Below, piece by piece: positions 59,901 to 64,000 of a stretch of 64,000 bases of DNA. Each line of letters starts with the position of its first letter. Position 1 is the stretch's first letter. The position numbers were made by a program, and so were the translations under genes. Location: positions 390,487 through 454,486 of the forward strand of contig CAWALK010000020.1 in the NCBI GenBank assembly GCA_963782915.1, written 5' to 3'. The notes beneath the pieces were generated by a model, which was given only the letters and a program-made list of their open reading frames with translations, had not been told where the DNA came from and did not search any database. The DNA is from an uncultured archaeon (GTDB taxonomy: Archaea > Thermoproteota > Bathyarchaeia > Bathyarchaeales > Bathycorpusculaceae).

Positions 59901-61157
59901 TTGTTTCTCAACGACATCCTCCAAGTCATATATGCACCAAAAAAAGCATTCAAAAACATAATCACTAACCCAAAATATCTAGGCATAATCGTAATCCTGG
60001 TCTTATTCATGGGTCTACAATTAGGCTATGAAGCCTCCCAATTCAGTAAAGTCCACATTGAAACCACCTCTCCAGTAGCTGGTGTAATGCAGGACTATAA
60101 CAACGCCACAAACTGGCAAAGCGGCCCAAACGTATTGTTAACGAATAACTTTGACGATTACTTCAACAACACAGTATACCTGGCAGATTACGCTCAATAC
60201 TACTCATTATTCGGCAACAACAGCATGCAGATACAAGCCAACAACACCAACACCATCCTAGTAGCCCTAACGAACACATCGAACGTTGATTGCACAGCAA
60301 GCGGCTTCCAAAACCTCTCCATAACCATGAAATTAGTACAGCCACAGTCAGCACCCTCCAATGCAACTTTAACCCTCTACTCATTAGGAGACGCTAACTA
60401 CTACACCTATGACTTAACGGGCACATTATCCAGTGCAGATGCAATCAACCAATGGGGCAACCTAACCGTTCCACTGGGTCCAAACGCAACCGGTTGGACA
60501 GCATCAGGTAACCCAACATGGCAAAACATCACATCACTAACACTCCAACTAACCTACCCCAACAGCCAAGACATAACCGTGCGCGTCGGCGCATTGTTCT
60601 TCCGAGGAGAATTCGTACAGCCACTCATCGCAAACGCAAGCGGATTCCTCTACACATTCCTGCTGCAATTCTCACTGCAATTCCTCGCTTCATGGCTTAT
60701 CCTAACAGGCATGATGTATGTGATGTTCAGAGTACTGAAAGGCACTGTACCATGGAAACCAATCTTCATCGCAGCAGGCTTCGCCATGACTGTTATGGTT
60801 ATCCGTGCACTAGTAAATGTCATTGCAACATTGACTCTGCCAGCACTCTACTATCCATATGATGCAGCATTAGGAGTAGTTTATGACACATTCGGATCAC
60901 TCAACTATCCAGCAGCATTAACTCTACCAGTCGCGCAATCAGCAGCCGCCATAAGCAGCATCAGCGCCTCGATGGAAGCTTTCAAGGCAATCCTAACAGG
61001 CATGTTCATAGTATCCTACATTTGGCTAGCAGGCTTAGCTGCTTTGATAGTCAAGGAACTACAACCAACATACACAACCATGAAGTGCCTGCTAATCGCC
61101 GCTGTAAGCGTCGGTGTCACCCTTCTGGTGCTGTTCCTCTTCATCGGCTTTGTTTAG
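59901..61157 (+). CDS. Yip1-like membrane protein with inserted extracellular beta domain
   Basis: VIYAPKKAFKNI Yip1-type N-terminus, Asn/Thr-rich ectodomain, four C-terminal TMs; start set at TTG 59901 after AGGAG. Confidence 0.7.
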   Translation: MFLNDILQVIYAPKKAFKNIITNPKYLGIIVILVLFMGLQLGYEASQFSKVHIETTSPVAGVMQDYNNATNWQSGPNVLLTNNFDDYFNNTVYLADYAQYYSLFGNNSMQIQANNTNTILVALTNTSNVDCTASGFQNLSITMKLVQPQSAPSNATLTLYSLGDANYYTYDLTGTLSSADAINQWGNLTVPLGPNATGWTASGNPTWQNITSLTLQLTYPNSQDITVRVGALFFRGEFVQPLIANASGFLYTFLLQFSLQFLASWLILTGMMYVMFRVLKGTVPWKPIFIAAGFAMTVMVIRALVNVIATLTLPALYYPYDAALGVVYDTFGSLNYPAALTLPVAQSAAAISSISASMEAFKAILTGMFIVSYIWLAGLAALIVKELQPTYTTMKCLLIAAVSVGVTLLVLFLFIGFV

Positions 61158-61264
61158 CCGATCCCACACTATTTCTTTTTACTTTTTTTGTCTTTTACTG
61201 TTTAGTTAGGGTTCTGTAAAGTCTCTGTCGGAAGCTTCTCCATGTAAAATTTCATCGGATAAGT

Positions 61265-61452
61265 ACCTCAAGCAGTTTTTCCAGTTTTTATGGGGATGAC
61301 TTTTATTACTAACGTATTATTTTCAACAACAAGCGACCAATCTAATTCATCATATTCTGTTAGTCCAAACTGCTTGATGATGCTAAAAGGGATGGTCGTG
61401 CTAGGGATTGGCTTTTTGGGGTTTGTTTGTTTTATTTGGTGATTTTGCCCAA
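61265..61452 (-). pseudogene. Small AbrB-like regulator inside the transposon (frameshifted)
   Basis: Across frames: ...SQSL.TTIPFSIIKQFGL...LDWSL.V...LVIKVIP. Confidence 0.5.
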
Positions 61453-61573
61453 TGTGTTAACCTCTATATTGGTGTATTTGGTTAAGCACTATATTAGGTT
61501 TACCAACTCATATACCAACATCTTTAATAATCGGTTTGTGTATTGGTAATTGGTTGGTAAACATGTGCAAGTA

Positions 61574-62685
61574 ATGACACCAAGAGAAGAAAGAGGACAA
61601 ACAATCGCACAGCACAACGGACAAGTCAACGAATAGACGAATGCTCTACATAGTAAAATCCCAAAGCGGAAACGGCGAATACACAGTCAACAAAATAAAT
61701 GGCGAATGGATATGCGCATGCCCAGACAACAAATACCGACAGCACCATGCAAACACATCTACGCAGTAAAATTCTCACTAACAATCAGAGCAGAAGTAAA
61801 AGTAAGAACAATCAAACCAATCGAAAACCTAACCAAATGCATCTATTGCGGTTCAACCAACATAGTAAAAGACGGCAGTACGCAAAAACAAAACAGGAAA
61901 CATCCAATATTCGAGTGCCAAGACTGCCACAAATACTTCACCTTCAACATAGGCTTTGAACACATGAAACACAACCCACAAGCAATCACATCAGCCATGC
62001 AACTATATTTTAGCGGAGAAACCCTAAGAAACACAATGGAATCCTCAAACTTTTAGGCGTAGAAGTCTCACACCAAACAGTTTACAACTGGATAAAGAAA
62101 TATGTTCGATTAATGAAAGACTACGCTGAAAAAATAATTCCAAACGTAAGCGACACATGGAGAGCAGATGAAATCTACATCAAAGTAAAGGCGACATGAA
62201 ATACCTCTTCGCAATGATGGATGATGAAACACGCTTCTGGATAGCTCAAGAAGTAGCAGAAACAAAAGACAAGCATGATGCAAGAAACTTTTTCAGAATG
62301 GCTAAAGACCTCATGGGTAAAACAACCTAAAACCTTCATAACCGATGGATTACCATCTTACTCATGATAGCATGCAAGCAAGAGTTTTTGACCAAACAAC
62401 AACACATACGACGAAATCACCCTAAAAGGCAAAGTACACAACAATAACAAAATGGAACGCATGAACGGTGAAATCCGAGATAGAGAAAAGACCATGAGAG
62501 GACTAAAAAAAAACGACACAGCCAATCTTAAAAGGCTACCAAATATACCACAACTACATACGACCACATGAAGCATTAAACGGAAAAACCCCAGCTGAAG
62601 CATGCGGAATAACATCGAAGGAAAAAACAAATGGATAACCCTAATACAAAACGCAAGCAAAAACCAAAAACACCACATGACTTAA
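61574..62685 (+). CDS. SWIM + Zn-ribbon + HTH + DDE (IS6/IS240-like) transposase, multiply frameshifted
   Basis: WICACPD..CKHIYAV (SWIM), CIYC..CQDC, VYNWIKKY, WRADEIYIK, ITDGLPSY, NNKMERMNG, YHNYIRPH...TPAE. Confidence 0.88.
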
Positions 62686-62749
62686 CCCTAACCTTTCCAC
62701 AACTCTTAAGTTAAGTTAGCCCCAAACTGCTCTGCTTGAGAGAAGTAAA

Positions 62750-63680
62750 ATGCGAAAGGTGACGGTGCAACCTTCTGATGACTTACTAAAAGAGATTAAA
62801 GATGAAAGAAGAACAAGAAAAATCGAAAATCTGCCCGACACAATAATAGCGATTCTAAGAGATTATTTTAAACTCCCGAAAATACAACCACAAGGCAACC
62901 CGAACCGTAAGAAAAGCAAGATGCAGAAAATCATTATCAACAGGAAGTTTAGAGGTTTCTTAGTTTTTATTTACATTATGCTCATGCTTGTGATTTTGGT
63001 AAATATATCCGATTGGCAAATTCCTTACCTTAACGTTGAATATTTTGTTGTGAATACCCCGACTGATTACACCTTCATACAGTCATATCCACCTAGTATA
63101 GATGGGATTGAAACCACACTTGCAAGTGAAACTATAAATTTTCAAGTTCACATGCACGCTGATACGATAATCACCCAAAATACAGAAGTAAATATTGAAG
63201 CCGAAGCAGGGGTTGGCGCCTCTTTTGCACAAAATATAAACCGCACTAGGTATCGGTTTTTACGATGCGAATTACATCACATCTCAACAAACTATTTTTC
63301 AAATACCGAATGGTAACAAGTACGAATTATGGACTGGATGGGCAGGTGAGAGGCTTTACCCAAATACTTCGACACAGTCGATGCTACTTATAATACCTGA
63401 TGGCGGTACGACTTTTGGAGGAAATAATGCGACAGTTTATTGGACTGAATCAGGAAATAAACCCATTAGCATAGTTTTTGAGTGGAAAGATCACACCTAT
63501 TTTTCTAATAGCTTTACGTATGAGCATTCAACAATCCATGTATATGCTAAAGAGGACTTGAGGGCTAACCAACTTGCCAGTAATCTCAGAACTGTTAATA
63601 GTTTTCTTTGTGTCAATATTTGGTGCTGTTGAGGTTTACAAAGGAATCTATAGGAAGGCGTGAAGAAGAATAAATAAACT
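62750..63680 (+). CDS. Transposon cargo: RHH-like N-terminus plus membrane-anchored ectodomain (frameshifted; possibly two genes)
   Basis: ORFs 62750-63316 and 63381-63632 are co-linear; one TM near the start and a hydrophobic end. Confidence 0.5.
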
Positions 63681-64000
63681 ATTTTTTGGATACTCCTATT
63701 GAAAAAATTATTGCTCCAATAATAAAAAGTATAAACGCAAAGTAAACAACCATTAAGGAAAATCCAGAATAAATAACTTGATCCCCCACATGGTTGTTTA
63801 TTGAAAATTCGATGATGGCAATAAGAACTGAAAGAGCTAATAAAACAGACCCTATTTTGTAATAAAATCGTTCTCCGCAATTTCACACTGCCAAATCGCC
63901 AATCCCCCATACAATCCCTAAAAGAAAAAGAATAATCCGATGAAATTTTACAGAGGTTATTCATCAGCGCCTCTCCGATAGAGACTTGACAGAGCCTTAG

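Larger units (their letters stand above)
61210..63996. mobile_element. IS6-like cargo-carrying transposon, 2787 bp
   Basis: Terminal IR 20/23 (61210-61232 vs 63974-63996), subterminal IR 18/18 (61243-61260 vs 63935-63952), TTAG flanking both ends, internal DDE transposase. Confidence 0.88.

Noticed and set aside
618-62678. Many antisense ORFs in the track (e.g. 29469-30035, 46998-47435, 35644-36111)
   Set aside because: They are shadows of well-supported genes on the opposite strand.
62684-62694. AACCCTAAC just after the transposase as the right IS end
   Set aside because: It gives only a 9-bp match to the left flank; the much longer two-part IR and matching TTAG flank are at 63935-64000.
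63497-63964. 155-aa minus-strand ORF as an intact gene
   Set aside because: Its start lies between the two right-end repeats, it reads through the subterminal IR and it overlaps the plus-strand cargo ORF. At best it is a captured membrane-gene fragment.

Overview
This is a 64-kb archaeal chromosomal window. The Sm/rpl37e pair, archaeal S10, Mre11/Rad50, the HMG-CoA synthase/thiolase pair and a TackOD1-like Zn-ribbon protein point to a TACK archaeon, most likely Bathyarchaeia (inference). Many housekeeping genes are split by single-base indels (HMGCS, mre11, pstA/B/S, MetE-like, ABC permease), most simply explained as long-read assembly errors. Positions 1-37 kb are mostly core and surface genes. 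About 37-46.5 kb is an AT-rich accessory stretch with gene debris and an orphan terminase. About 46.5-59 kb is a phosphate island (ppx, ppk1, phoU, pstSCAB, AbrB-PhoU regulator, second pstS). No rRNA, tRNA or CRISPR array was recognised. Best leads: (1) a 2.8-kb IS6-like cargo transposon (61210-63996) with a SWIM-Zn-ribbon-DDE transposase, two-part inverted ends and a matching target duplication; (2) a dispersed ~140-bp intergenic repeat family whose terminal hairpin shows compensatory base changes; (3) a thiolase that has lost its catalytic residues, coupled to a DUF35-HMG-CoA synthase fusion; (4) a GT2 synthase / GH16 / membrane TackOD1 cluster; (5) a 'split' Cache + 5TM-LytS sensor with no output domain; (6) phased ATAG repeats in the phosphate-island promoters, one of which precedes an apparently inactive GIY-YIG-like protein.
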